Assembly: GCA_043228905.1 (NCBI GenBank)
Contig: JBHGNT010000010.1
Location: 5,332,001 to 5,396,000, forward strand
Direction of reading: 5' to 3'
Source: Azolla caroliniana
Lineage: Eukaryota; Plantae; Polypodiophyta
Length of the DNA stretch: 64,000 bases
Position 1 is the stretch's first letter; each line of letters opens with the position of its first letter. The translations under genes were made by a program, and so were the position numbers. Below the pieces are notes generated by a model. The model was not told where the DNA came from. It ran no database searches and saw only the letters and a list, made by a program, of their open reading frames with translations. This document shows positions 1 to 11,524 of this stretch, in pieces.

Positions 1-114
1 ACCGGACGGGGAGCGCGAGCAACACGGAGCGACGCCAGGAGAAGTCGATTGGTAGAACCAACTGCCACAGACGTTGACACTACTATCCTACCTCAGGTTG
101 AGCTTGAGGGGGAG

Positions 115-537
115 TGTTGAGCGGCAAGCTCAACTAGAGCCGGATCGGCTGAATAAGCTTGAGCCGGTAAGCGAGACGGATCGATATGACGGTGAGCAAC
201 CAAGCCGGCAAGCAACAGAGCCAGTGAGCTGGGGAGCTGGTTAGCCGGATCCAATTGGTAACCAGCAGCCTAGTGTTAAGTTTAGACTACTAGGTAGTTA
301 TAGTCTCGTAGTAAGTGTCAGATGCTCGTGTGAGCATTGAAGTACACGGTACTTCTATCAGTCCCATGAGGACTTGTATAAATAGCGTTGGTAAGCGCAT
401 TGTATGTACAGAGAACATTTCATATAATTTTGAATTAGCGTTCTGCTCTCTCTGTCTGTCTCTCCCGCGTACTCTCTCTCACTCTGTGTTTCCTGTGTTT
501 CTATTTTAACGCTTCCGCAAACATATATGTTTTCACA
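115..537 (+). mobile_element. 3' LTR of a Ty1/copia-type element whose body lies left of the window
   Basis: Polypurine tract GAGGGGGAG (106-114) directly followed by TGTTGAG; TATA-like TATAAATA near 377; ends near TTTCACA. Right boundary approximate. Confidence 0.65.
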
Positions 538-786
538 TCATTTTGAAGAGGTATACAGTATCAAAAGGGTGGAAAGTTCTTCAATCTCGAGGCCATTATT
601 ATCGAACCACTTCATCACTTGTGATTACCAGATTCCTTCTACCTTTGCTTGTAAGTTTTTATGGTGGCATAGTTTGGAGATGGTTGATGTGATTCATTGT
701 TTGGAAAAATACCTCTACCATCACATCGGGCATTGTGGCTAATTCAACTCAGATGATCATGATTGGTGTAGAGGTTGTACTGCATC

Positions 787-1562
787 TGTTAGGGTTGATA
801 ATAATGATAAACATGGAAACGATGTGTTTGAGGATTAGCGTTGTGAGATTGGTGATGGCATTGCGGGGTGGGGGGTGGTGCCTACAATGGCTCCACCCCC
901 TTCCCAAGGGGGTTTAACGTAAGGGAAGAGAGAGAGAAAGAGAGATGACAAGAGAGAAAGATTGAGAGAGAATTATTCCTTGTTTCATTCATTCCCCATA
1001 AGGGGGTTAAATAGCTACAAAAGGGGGTAGATACATAGGGGTGCAAGCCCCCTTGACCATTCACACTAATCACTCACTCACGCCTCTTCTTATCTGTCCA
1101 CATGCACTCACGTGTGCATGTGCATTTGTCCTATAAATTTAAGTTTTCGTTTAAGTCTTTCTTTTCCCTCCGTTTTTGTGTTTGTCTTCTTCTATGCTTC
1201 ATACATTTTCTATCCCGTTGTTGTCTACATCTTCTTTATCTTCTTCCCGCCATTCTGTCTCCTACGATTTCCTCTATGCTTCTTCTCTTCCTTCTTCGTC
1301 TTCCTTCTCTCTGTTTATTCTTCTTCTTTTCTGTTTCTCCTTTCGCTTTCTCCTTCTTCATGTTCCCTTTCTTCTTCCTCTTCTTGTCTGCATTTTCTAT
1401 TCTATTTTCCGCTTCATCTTTCTCTTCTTTCTATCTTCCTCCTCTTTTCTCTTTCTTCTTCTTCTTCTTCTTGTTTTTTCTTTGTTCGTCTACCGTCGCT
1501 TCTCCTTCCTCTTCCTCTTCCTCTTCCTCTTCCTCTTCTTCCGTACATCTTGTACGGTAACA
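787..1562. mobile_element. Probable solo LTR with 4-bp TSD and pyrimidine-rich low-complexity interior
   Basis: Termini TGTTA...TAACA; flanks CATC (783-786) and CGTC (1563-1566) differ by one CpG-type change; CT/TTC-rich tract at about 1200-1540. Confidence 0.4.
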
Positions 1563-1784
1563 CGTCATCCTAATAACATGACTTGTGGAGGCTTTATTTA
1601 CGTCCTATGGTCTTGGGCCCATATGGCTATAACATATATGCGGCAGGGTGAGCATGGTGTCAAATAGCCATGCAATGGTAAGAGTCCATTGGAAGTGTAT
1701 CCTATGACATTGTCATTCAAGCATGGTCAGAGTTGCATATCCTCGAGCAAGATGATCCTTGGTCCTTGAGTTTGTGCATGAAGC

Positions 1785-2459
1785 TAACAATAGGCAACGG
1801 TTCGGTTCAAGAGGGTCAAAACTAAACCGTTTAAAATTTTTGAAACCTGAACCGAACGACAAAATTGTTAAACTGAACCGTTAAATTTGTTCCAAACAAT
1901 TAAACCATAAAACTGTTAAAACCGTGGTTTCATGGAGTTTGGTCCTTGAGTTTGTGCATGAAGCCAACAATCGGCAATGGTTCGATTCGAGAGGGTCAAA
2001 ACCGAACCAGTTTGGAACTGAACCGTTTAAAATTTTTGAAACCTGAACCGAACCACAAAATCGTTAAACTGAACCGTAAAATTTGTTTCAAACAGTTAAA
2101 CCATTAAACCGTTAAAACCGCGGTTTCATGGTTTAGTTTCGGTTTTCAACTTAGGTCAAAATTTAATTTTTAAATTTAAAATATTTTATTTGTTTAAAGA
2201 TGTTCCTAAAATGTGAGAATAAGGTCTAAAAATGAAAAGATTGTTTAAAAACAAGTTTTTTAATTTTTTAAAAAATTTTAAAAAATAAAATAAAAAACAA
2301 AAAACTATTTAAACAATAGTTTTTAGCGGTTGAAACCAAACCGGAACCAAACCGAACCGTTTAAAAAAACCTGAACTTGAACCGAACCGAATCATTTAAA
2401 CCGTTAAGCTGTGGTTTCACAGTTCGGTTCAATTCAAACTGAACCATTGCCGATTGTTA
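1785..2459. mobile_element. AACCG-rich non-autonomous DNA transposon (MITE, possibly hAT-derived) with duplicated left end
   Basis: TIR TAACAATAGGCAACGGTTC (1785; second copy at 1965) versus GAACCATTGCCGATTGTTA (2441-2459); many AACCG subterminal motifs; AT-rich core; flanks CATGAAGC and CATGAAAG match at 6 of 8. Confidence 0.7.
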
Positions 2460-2728
2460 CATGAAAGGGAGATGTGATGTCTCTTTAAGCTGAATGCTTA
2501 GGTCAAATAATCCACTTGGTATCCCAAGCTCCATACTACATACGAACTTTGAAGGAAACACTCTCTTCCCAAAGTAGTTGGTTGTTGAAGAATCCAAGTA
2601 ACATGGCCCTTGAACAAGCTAATCCAAAGAGGATTTGTGAAAATGGAGAATAAATATCATCGTAAACGGATTTCGCACAATAATGAGCTACTTTGCAGAG
2701 GTATTGTGGGCAACAAGCTAATAATACG

Positions 2729-3095
2729 TGTTGAGAATCAAGCTCAACTAGTGTGACCATGTGCTTATGAAGAAAAGCAAAATGTGTGAAAAAGTGCGTG
2801 AGAAGCATGATAATGTAATCGGTGTGAACTGTCTCGTTACAAGAAAAACTAGATTGTGATATCTAGTTAGTTGTTAAGTGACAGAATCATACTCGAGTTG
2901 ATATCTATGAGTAGATTTGGCAGCCCCTTGAGGACTCGTATATAAAACCCCCTTGGCCCATTGTGATTACTTCATGATCTTTTCTTGATTAATATAGTTT
3001 CCTCTTGAGTGCATAAGTTGTCATTCCCCTATTGTGTATTTTATTATTTTTGGTTATTTTCTCTAGAGTAGAAATGCAGGGATCGACTCTTAACA
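2729..3095 (+). mobile_element. Solo-LTR-like Copia LTR
   Basis: Starts TGTTGAGAATCAAGCTCAAC, the same as the minus-strand start of the Copia LTR at 35617-35994; TATAAAA near 2941; ends TTAACA; no TSD found. Confidence 0.55.
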
Positions 3096-3990
3096 AGGCA
3101 AATCATTAGAAAGATTTATGGAGACTTTTAGTGTCAATGATTGCCCGTCTTTGGGAGCTCCCTATGCTCTGCGCGGTGTGATAGGGCAGATGCGAACTTC
3201 ATCACATAAGTTAGAGATTGAGGTGAGCGGATATACACGAACACCTCTAGAAGAAAGAATTTGCCAATAGTGTCATTAAGGAGTGGAATTCGAAGAACAC
3301 TATATTTGTCACTGTAATGTCTTTTATGAAATCAAAGGGACATACCATTGCCTCTTTAAACAAGGCGAAGCCCACTAGGCAAGGTAATGGAATATGAGGA
3401 ACAACGGTGCCTACGACTTTTCTTGCTAGAACTCAAGAGACATAGGGAAAAGTTGTTGAAGGACAATAATACAAGCTCATCCACAAAGAACAATCACAAC
3501 TTTCTTTATCCCCATCACTCCTACTAATGCTACAAGTCAATCAAGGGATACACAATAGGCTCCCGACCAAGACATACCAAAGAGGTTACAATAGATCATG
3601 CAATAACAAATTGTCATGCATGTAGGACCCGACCCCATGGACCACGACCTCAACACCCTTGTCAACAAATAAAGGCCATTATCTCCAACCATCGTAGGTG
3701 CTTCCCTCACTTTGGAGACCTCTCCATTCTGGATCGATCTATGTGAGAGATCTTTCAAAGACAAAAGTTATAATATACCTAACTTGAGAATCTCACACGT
3801 GTCAAAAACCAGTTTCCCTCATCTCTTTTTATTTTATTTACTTTTATATTTACTAAGTAATATTTATTCTATTTTGATTTGTTGTTCTCAAAGACGAGAC
3901 AACACTTAAGATGTAATATCTTGTTTGGTCTTTTTGGCCTTTCTGGCCATTCTGGCCTCTTAGAAGACGTTAATATTTCTTTCTTTCTTT
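3096..3990 (+). mobile_element. 3' end of an RTE-X-like LINE (degenerate C-terminal zinc finger, 3' UTR, (TTTC)n tail)
   Basis: From 3181 reads IGQMRTSSHKLEIEVSGYTRTPLEERICQ*CH*GVEFEEHYICHC, matching the RTE-X-type SSHxLxIE...EERxCxxC...E..H...C motif; ends GGCCTCTTAGAAGACGTTAATATTTC(TTTC)n. Confidence 0.7.
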
Positions 3991-4030
3991 ATCACGCACC
4001 CACTCGCATACACTCACGATGCTTCCGCAT

Positions 4031-4303
4031 ACTCCAATTCAACTAGAGTTAGATTCTTTATGGAATGTCCCAAACCATTGACTTACTCCAATTCTACTCG
4101 AGTTAGATTCTTTACGGAATGTTCCAAACCATTGACTTACTCCAATTCTATGAGAGTTAAGATTCTTTACAGGATGTTCCAAACCATTGACTTACTCCAA
4201 TTCTATGAGAGTTAAGATTCTTTACAGGATGTTCCAAACCATTGACTTACTCGAATTCTATGAGAGTTAAGATTCTTTAGGGGATGTTCCAAACTATTGA
4301 CTT
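4031..4303. repeat. Minisatellite, 5 copies of a 54-55 bp unit
   Basis: Unit ACTCCAATTC...AGATTCTTTA...CCAAACCATTGACTT starts at 4031, 4085, 4139, 4194 and 4249. Confidence 0.9.
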
Positions 4304-5310
4304 GATATAATTAGATTCCTATGCATTTAGTAAGAAAGCTAAGAAGGGAGAGCTTATTGGTGGTAGTGTGTGGGCAATATGACAATATGTCAGGCTATTC
4401 GGAGGTTGTTCTTAAGAAAAGGAAAAAATTACTGCAGTTATGGAGGAAGTTGCCTCTATTCACGGTCTCCTCTCAAGGACCAATCTGGAAATATCATTAG
4501 CCTTGGCCCTTCCCATGATTATCCTTTTTGTATTTAACACTCTCTAATTGTACATTTTGTAGCCTTTCGGCGTTTTTTTCTTAATACTAATGAAGGAAAT
4601 CTTTTCGGAAAAAGAAGAAGAAGCTAAGATGGCTCCACAAGGGTCTAAGGAGGATAATCTTGATAGAGCTTACAATCCAGGTTTATTAGAAATATTGAGA
4701 ATCGAGTAGATAGGTATATAGAGTTACAACTGCAGAGATGGATATATGAAAACAGAATTTCTATTACATATGAGAGTAGTTCAAAATGGTAGTTTTCCCA
4801 TGCGCTCACACCTTAGAGCTTAGATAGGATATGGACCGGCTCACTACAAAATTAGTGGGGACTAATGATCAATCTGACCACTGTGTGAGAAAAGTGACTT
4901 ATAATCTATGTTTGGTCTTAGTATAAATGTGCAAGTCAGTTGACAGTAGTGGAGATATTCCTTTTCTGTCAACTGACTTGTCATTTAATATGACCCAACT
5001 CCCTAGGTACAGGCTAGTGCTAGATAATACTTATCTTGAAGTCAATGACGCATACTTCAAGACTAAGTACATCGTAACTTGCCCACAAAATATTCTAGCT
5101 GACTTGATTAGCCAATCCTTTTATCTATTTCTCTCTTTCCCAAATATATTGTGTCCTACGCATCTACGGTTTCCTAGATTAACACCTTATCGACCCATAT
5201 GGTCGAGTTGCACACTAGCCGCTCCTCATTTGGGGCGCTATCACAAAATGTGCACTCTAAGAGCACATATGGGGATAGATTTACAACTTGGGGCTGATCA
5301 TTGATTATAT

Positions 5311-8300
5311 CTAACACGCCCCCTTAATGATCAACCCATTGAGTTCACTTGGAATTGGGCCAACACCTAGTCGTCGAAGGTGTTGTTGCAACTGTTCTGC
5401 TCCAAGCGCCTTTGTGAAGATATCTGCAGCATTTTCTGATGTTGGACAGTACTCAAGCTCCACAATCTCATCATTTATTAGCTCCCGCACATAGTGATAC
5501 TGAATCTCTATGTGTTTAGTACGTGCATGAAATACGGGGTTCTTGGCAATGGCCATGCAACTCTGATTGTCACACCTCAATACCGTTGCCGTCCTTATTG
5601 GGACTGCCACATCCATAAGGATTCTTCTTAGCCAAACTACCTCGCATGCCGCTATGCATGCTGCTTTGTATTCTGCTTCTGTTGAAGATAGTGCCACTGT
5701 TGGTTATTTTTTACTACTCCATGAAACAGCTCCAGATCCTATTGAAAAACAATATCCAGAAACTGATTTTCTGGAATCACTATCTCCAGCCCAATCGGAG
5801 TCGCAATATCCACTAAGTTGGTCAATTGTTGGCTTGTAGAAGATTCCATAATTTAAAGTACCCACAATGTACTTTAATACACGTAGAGCAGCTTTCCAAT
5901 GAGTCTCCTTCGGCTTGTTGCTGAATCGACTCACCACATTGACTGCAAAACAAATATCCGGCCTAGTGTTGCATAGGAAAATTAGACTTCCTACTAGTTG
6001 TCTATACTTCCTTATGTCAACCATTGGTGATGAGTCTTCTTGGGATAGCTTGCAGTTTGACTCCATTGGAGTCGACTTCGACTTGCTGTCCATCATCCCG
6101 AAGGTCTTCAAGATCTCTGTTGCATACTTTCTTTGTGACATGAAGATGCCGACCGAGGTTTGCCAAACCTCAATTCCAAGGAAGTAGTGTAGAATCCCCA
6201 AGTCTGTCATTTCAAACTCAGTTTTCAAACACTCTTGTGTTTGGCCAATGCACTCTTCATGGTCACCAGTAAGTACTAGATCATCCACGTAAATGATAAT
6301 GATGACTTGTTTCCCGTCCTTCATTTTGACATACATACTTGCATCCGAAGCACATTGCTTAAAGTCGATTGATCGTAAGAAGTTGTCTATCCTCTTGTTC
6401 CAAGCTCTTGGTGCTTGCTTTAGACCATATAGTGCCTTCTTCAGCTTGCAAACTTTGTTTTCTGAATTCGGTATCTCAAACCCCGGTGGTTGTGTCACAT
6501 ATACCTCCTCCTTGAGATGCCCATTCAGAAATGCTGATTTGACATCCATTTGATAAATCGGCCATCCTCTTGAAGCAGCCAACGCTATGACCATTCGAAT
6601 TGTTGTCATGCGAGCTGTCGGGGCAAATGTTTCTTGTACATCGAACCCTTCAATTTGGGAGTATCCTTGCGCTACTAGCCTGGCCTTGAATTTCTCCAAA
6701 GAGCCATCAGCTTTATACTTTACTTTCCATACCCACTTCGTGCCTATCACCTTCTTCTTTGTTGGCCTCTCTACCAACTCCCATGTGTCATTTTTCATGA
6801 TGCTATCATATTCTGATATCATCGCCTCTTTCCACTTCGGGTCGGCCATAGCTTCCTCCACCGAGGTCGGCTCACTCACTGAGCCTATGATGTCCACCAT
6901 CAGAGCCATGTTGACAATGTGGTCAGAGGTTCTTCCTTGCTCCTGTATTCTTCTTGATCTTCGTAATCCATCAGTTGAAGTTTCAGGAAACTCAACTTTA
7001 GGAGTATGATCATTGAAGAGTTGTTGAGCCCACTTAGGTATTTTCTTTACATGTGGGACTGGCATAGGCTGAACTAGTGAACCATTACCATCAGATGGTT
7101 CAGCTTCCTTTTTTGGATAATGGGTCGGGATTGGGTAAAATACTTCTTCAGTTGATGAGATAACTTGAGAATCGTTGTTCTCAGCTAGCTGTGGTTGTTC
7201 CTCATCGAACACCACATCGCGGCTTGTCAATATCTTTCTTGCCTCTGGATCGTAGAGTCCATAGGCCTTTGACTCTTCACTATATCCGAGAAAGATACAC
7301 TTTTTGCTTTTAGCATCCAACTTCTTTCTGCTCACATCTGGAATATGTGCGTAGCACATACACCCAAAGGTTCTGAAGTGCAGCACTGAAGGTTTCTTGC
7401 CTGAATAAGCTTCTTGGGGTGTTTTCCCTTGAAGTGCCTTCGTGTAGCTCCGATTGAGGATGTAAACTGCTGTGTTCACTGCTTCAGCCCAGAATGGGTC
7501 GGGCAGCGCTTGTGCCTTCAACATACACCTAGCCATCTCGACAACTGTTCGATTTCGACGTTCGACAACGCCATTTTGTTGTGGGGTGTAGGCAGTTGTA
7601 AGTTGGCGCTTAATTCCATGCTCTTTGCAATACTCACAGAATTCTATTGATAAGAATTCTCCACCTCGATCAGAGCGTAGCTCCTTCACTAACTTTCCAG
7701 ACTCTCGCTCGACAAACTTATGCCATCTTTTGAAGATTTTAAAAGCTTCAGCCTTCTCCCGAAGGAAGTAAACCCACATCTTTCTGCTGAAGTCGTCGAC
7801 TATTAGCATATAGTAGAGAGATCCACCCATTGCAGGAGTCACCATTTTTCCAGAGAGGTCAATGTGTATTAGCTGTAGAGGAGTCTTTGCCCGATTTTGA
7901 CTCTCTTTTGGAATGGCTGATCTTTGATGCTTGCCCATCATACAAGCATCACAAACATGACTTAAGTCAGATAGGGTTGGCAACCCAACTACCATATTCG
8001 ACTTCTTCATCTCCTTCAACACAGCAACGTTGAGATGCCCAAATCTCTCATGCCATTGCTTTGTGTTGGTACTTGTGTTGTGGTCAGTAGAAATGGTAAA
8101 CGCGCTCAGCTCATAGAGATTGTTGCGCCTCACCCCTATTCCTACAACCTTGCCAGCAGAATCTGTTATTTCTGCACCCGACTTCTTGAATCGAACATCA
8201 AGACCCTTGTCAGTCAGTGCAGAAATGGACAGTAGATTCTTCTTCAGATCTGGCACGTACAACACTTGAGAGAGATGCTTTGTCCCACCGGTCGTTGCTT

Positions 8301-9405
8301 TGAGGGAGACGGTTCCGGTTCCTTTGGCCGGACATCGAGCATTGTTCCCGACCACAACATTGATGGGCTCTTGTAGAGGTGTCCAAGAACTGTACCAGTC
8401 ACGATTACTGGTCATATGTCGGGATGCTCCACTATCGAGAATCCAAGACTCATCAACAACTTGAGTGTCAACTGAAGAACACACTTCTTCAGTTGCGACC
8501 CATAACTCAAGTTCATCTACGACATTGTTAGCGGACTCGGGCTCTCTCCAAGAAGTCTTATTAGAACCATTCTTCTCATCCGCCATCTTCTTTCGACAAT
8601 CCTTGATTGTGTGACCCTTCTTGTCACAGTAGAAACACGATCCATTGAACTTCTTCTTCTTCGGTATCCTATTCGCATTGTTTGAATTGGATGCCCCTTC
8701 ACCCTTAGTCCTAGAGACAAATGCTGAATCTTCCCTTTCTTCTCTTGTCTTCAGCCGAAGCTCCTCTTCAAGCAGCATTGCACTTAGTTCATCAAATTTT
8801 AAAGGAGTGGGTCGAACCTGAGTGTTCAATGTTGTCACAATGCCATCATACTTGAAAGGAAGTACTCGAATGCACCGACGAGCCATATCCTCTTGAGAGA
8901 CGACTACTCCAACAGCCGCCAGCTGATCTTGAAGATCCTTAATCCTTTTTACAAAGAATTCTACTTTCTCTCCATCAGCGAGCTTCTCTGCAGCAAGCTG
9001 ATTTTCGAGGTTTTGTATCCTTGTATAGTTTCTGGTCTCATACTGGCTGGCCAATATGCTCCAAGCTTCATGTGCCCTAGTTGTATGTTGCACTAGTGTT
9101 AGTACGGAGTCACATACACCAGTGACTATGGTACATAGCGCATCAGCATTCCTTCTCTTCCAGGCTCGAAGTAGATCAGCATTTGGAGGAATTGATGTGG
9201 TAGGGTGTGCAGGGTCAAAGGTTGCCATGGGCTCAGGGTCTCCCCCTGTGGGTCCCATGATTGTTTCCAACAACTCGTAGGAATCCAAAATGGCAGACAT
9301 TTTGAACTTCCATAGAGTGTAGTTGGTTCCATCTAGCTTTCCATCAGACAATGGAGGTGGGCGAATGCGCAATGGAGCAGCTGCAACATTCGTGGACAAG
9401 GCCAT
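5311..9405 (-). pseudogene. Copia Gag-Pol polyprotein with one premature stop in RNase H
   Basis: ORF 5704-9405 has a CCHC knuckle ([14 protein letters not shown]), [17 protein letters not shown] and DDE core, and RT YVDD. TAA at 5704-5706 replaces the Q of SKKQ; the frame continues PTVALSSTEAEY to a stop inside the LTR at 5311. Confidence 0.93.
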
Positions 9406-9407
9406 TG

Positions 9408-9410
<3 letters not shown>

Positions 9411-9480
<70 letters not shown>
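9411..9480. repeat. (CT)35 microsatellite in the Copia 5' leader
   Basis: Perfect dinucleotide run between the PBS and the gag ATG. Confidence 0.97.
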
Positions 9481-9482
<2 letters not shown>

Positions 9483-10354
9483 CTAGACAGCAACTACCCG
9501 TATATACCTAATCTAGATCAACCTCTTCGCTCTGATACCATATTAGAAATATTGAGAATCGAGTAGATAGGTATATAGAGTTACAACTGCAGAGATGGAT
9601 ATATGAAAACAGAATTTCTATTACATATGAGAGTAGTTCAAAATGGTAGTTTTCCCATGCGCTCACACCTTAGAGCTTAGATAGTATATGGACCGGCTCA
9701 CTACAAAATTAGTGAGGACTAATGATCAATCTGACCACTGTGTGAGAAAAGTGACTTATAATCTATGTTTGGTCTTAGTATAAATGTGCAAGTCAGTTGA
9801 CAGTAGTGGAGATATTCCTTTTCTGTCAACTGACTTGTCATTTAATATGACCCAACTCCCTAGGTACAGGCTAGTGCTAGATAATATTTATCTTGAAGTC
9901 AATGACGCATACTTCAAGACTAAGTACATCGTAACTTGCCCACAAAATATTCTAGCTGACTTGATTAGCCAATCCTTTTATCTATTTCTCTCTTTCCCAA
10001 ATATATTGTGTCCTACGCATCTACGGTTTCCTAGATTAACACCTTATCGACCCATATGGTCGAGTTGCACACTAGCCGCTCCTCATTTGGGGCGCTATCA
10101 CAAAATGTGCACTCTAAGAGCACATATGGGGATAGATTTACAACTTGGGGCTGATCATTGATTATATCTAACAGTTTTTACTTGAAAATGGTGGATCCCT
10201 CATTAGCAGCCATATTATTTTTATCCATTAAGTTTAAATAGACTATCGACTCTTTCCATTAATACAATAATTTGAAGCTAAAAACACAAAATTTAAATTA
10301 TGTTCCTTAAACATGGCAATGGAGAAAATTTCTTCTTATGTACTTGTATTACAG

Positions 10355-10653
10355 GAGCCCTAAAACTGGATGACTACAGAAGCCAATGGTGGCAGCAGGA
10401 GAAAGAGAATCAACGATTGTTCACTGTCATGATCTCCATGGAGACTATTTTAAATCTCCAATGAAATTGAAGTTCACATTGGATCTAAGACCAAGAGTTT
10501 CAAAAAGGCCTCTCAATTACTCATTTGTAGACCACATAAATGGGACATATACAACCATGCTTACAGTCTATGTGTCAAGATCATACACCTTCATAATCAA
10601 ACTTTTTGGGTCGCCAATAAAAAACAATCCTTATCAGTTTGCTATGATTCCTA
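10355..10653 (+). pseudogene. Isolated filamin/Ig-like repeat exon (GEX2-like), frameshifted
   Basis: AG acceptor at 10353-10354 and GT donor at 10654-10655; reads ALKLDDYRSQW, then after a frameshift VAAGE...DLHGD...DHINGTYTTMLTVYVSRSYTFIIKLFGSPIKNNPYQF, which fits the filamin-repeat pattern D..GTY...Y...G.PI..P. Confidence 0.5.
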
Positions 10654-11524
10654 GTAAAACTTTCAATTGCTCCCCTTTACTAATATAAAGATTATTGCTT
10701 GCACCCAATTTTCAATACCAATTATTTGGATCTAAGTTTAAGATGTACAACCTCCATGATACGCTCGGCCCCAATTTCAACATTTTATTTGTGTTGTTAA
10801 GCAATGATTAATAAAAATTACTTATTTCCTTGCTAATACATTCATAATACAAAATGTTGGATCATATACATACGAACCATAGATGAATTAACTATAAGAA
10901 CATTAGTGTCAAAAGGTTTCCTAAGGGGAAAAAAAAGGTAAATTTTTATTGTCCTATGGTGGTATTTAATTAAACCCATACAAATAACCAATTGTTTGTA
11001 GATTGGTGACACATTACTAGTTCATTTGGACCCAACCTTATGTAGCAGATCTAGTAGTTAGAATACTCTATTGGATATGCACTCCTCTAGGACATAGGTT
11101 TCAAGTTCAAACCTCACCTCCCCCATAGTATGATTTTCGTTGGTATTACAATCCAATGCCTTTTTAGCAGAAATGGCATCGTATTTGTCTGTTGGATGCC
11201 AAACGGCCATGTGTTCAAACCCTACCTCAATGCAATTCATGACGTTCAGACTCCAAATGCATGGGTTGGAAAATTCATGCCTCGCCACAAGGATAGAGCC
11301 CCAATACATGAAGCAAAATGAAAACACTAAACACTAGTGTTGTGAAAAAGAGTACAACAAAAATAAAGTAAGAACTTTAATTAAGAATATGAAATTGTTT
11401 CTCAAAATTGTCTTCAATTCCCATGACTATCAGTACAACCGACATATCATAGTTATCACAATTCACTGATAGCTAGCATTCCACTCTAGAAACATTTGAT
11501 AACAAAATTCTCTCCTAATACTAT

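Larger units (their letters stand above)
4684..10173 (-). mobile_element. Full-length young Ty1/copia LTR retrotransposon (5490 bp)
   Basis: Two 633-bp LTRs (4684-5316 and 9541-10173) with about 3 visible substitutions; tRNA-iMet PBS TGGTATCAGAGC (9529-9540, minus); PPT at 5317-5325; gag-PR-INT-RT-RH domain order. Confidence 0.97.

Noticed and set aside
1102-1667. Three overlapping 150-160 aa ORFs
   Set aside because: They arise from stop-poor pyrimidine low-complexity sequence and have no domain signal.
4031-4303. CRISPR-like array
   Set aside because: Units are contiguous with no unique spacers, in a eukaryotic context; an ordinary minisatellite.
4927-5304. 125-aa ORF duplicated at 9784-10161
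   Set aside because: It lies in the two LTRs, so the duplication is expected; no recognisable motif.
5704-5706. Programmed stop-codon readthrough in pol
   Set aside because: The TAA replaces a conserved Gln (CAA) within RNase H; a simple C-to-T mutation explains it.
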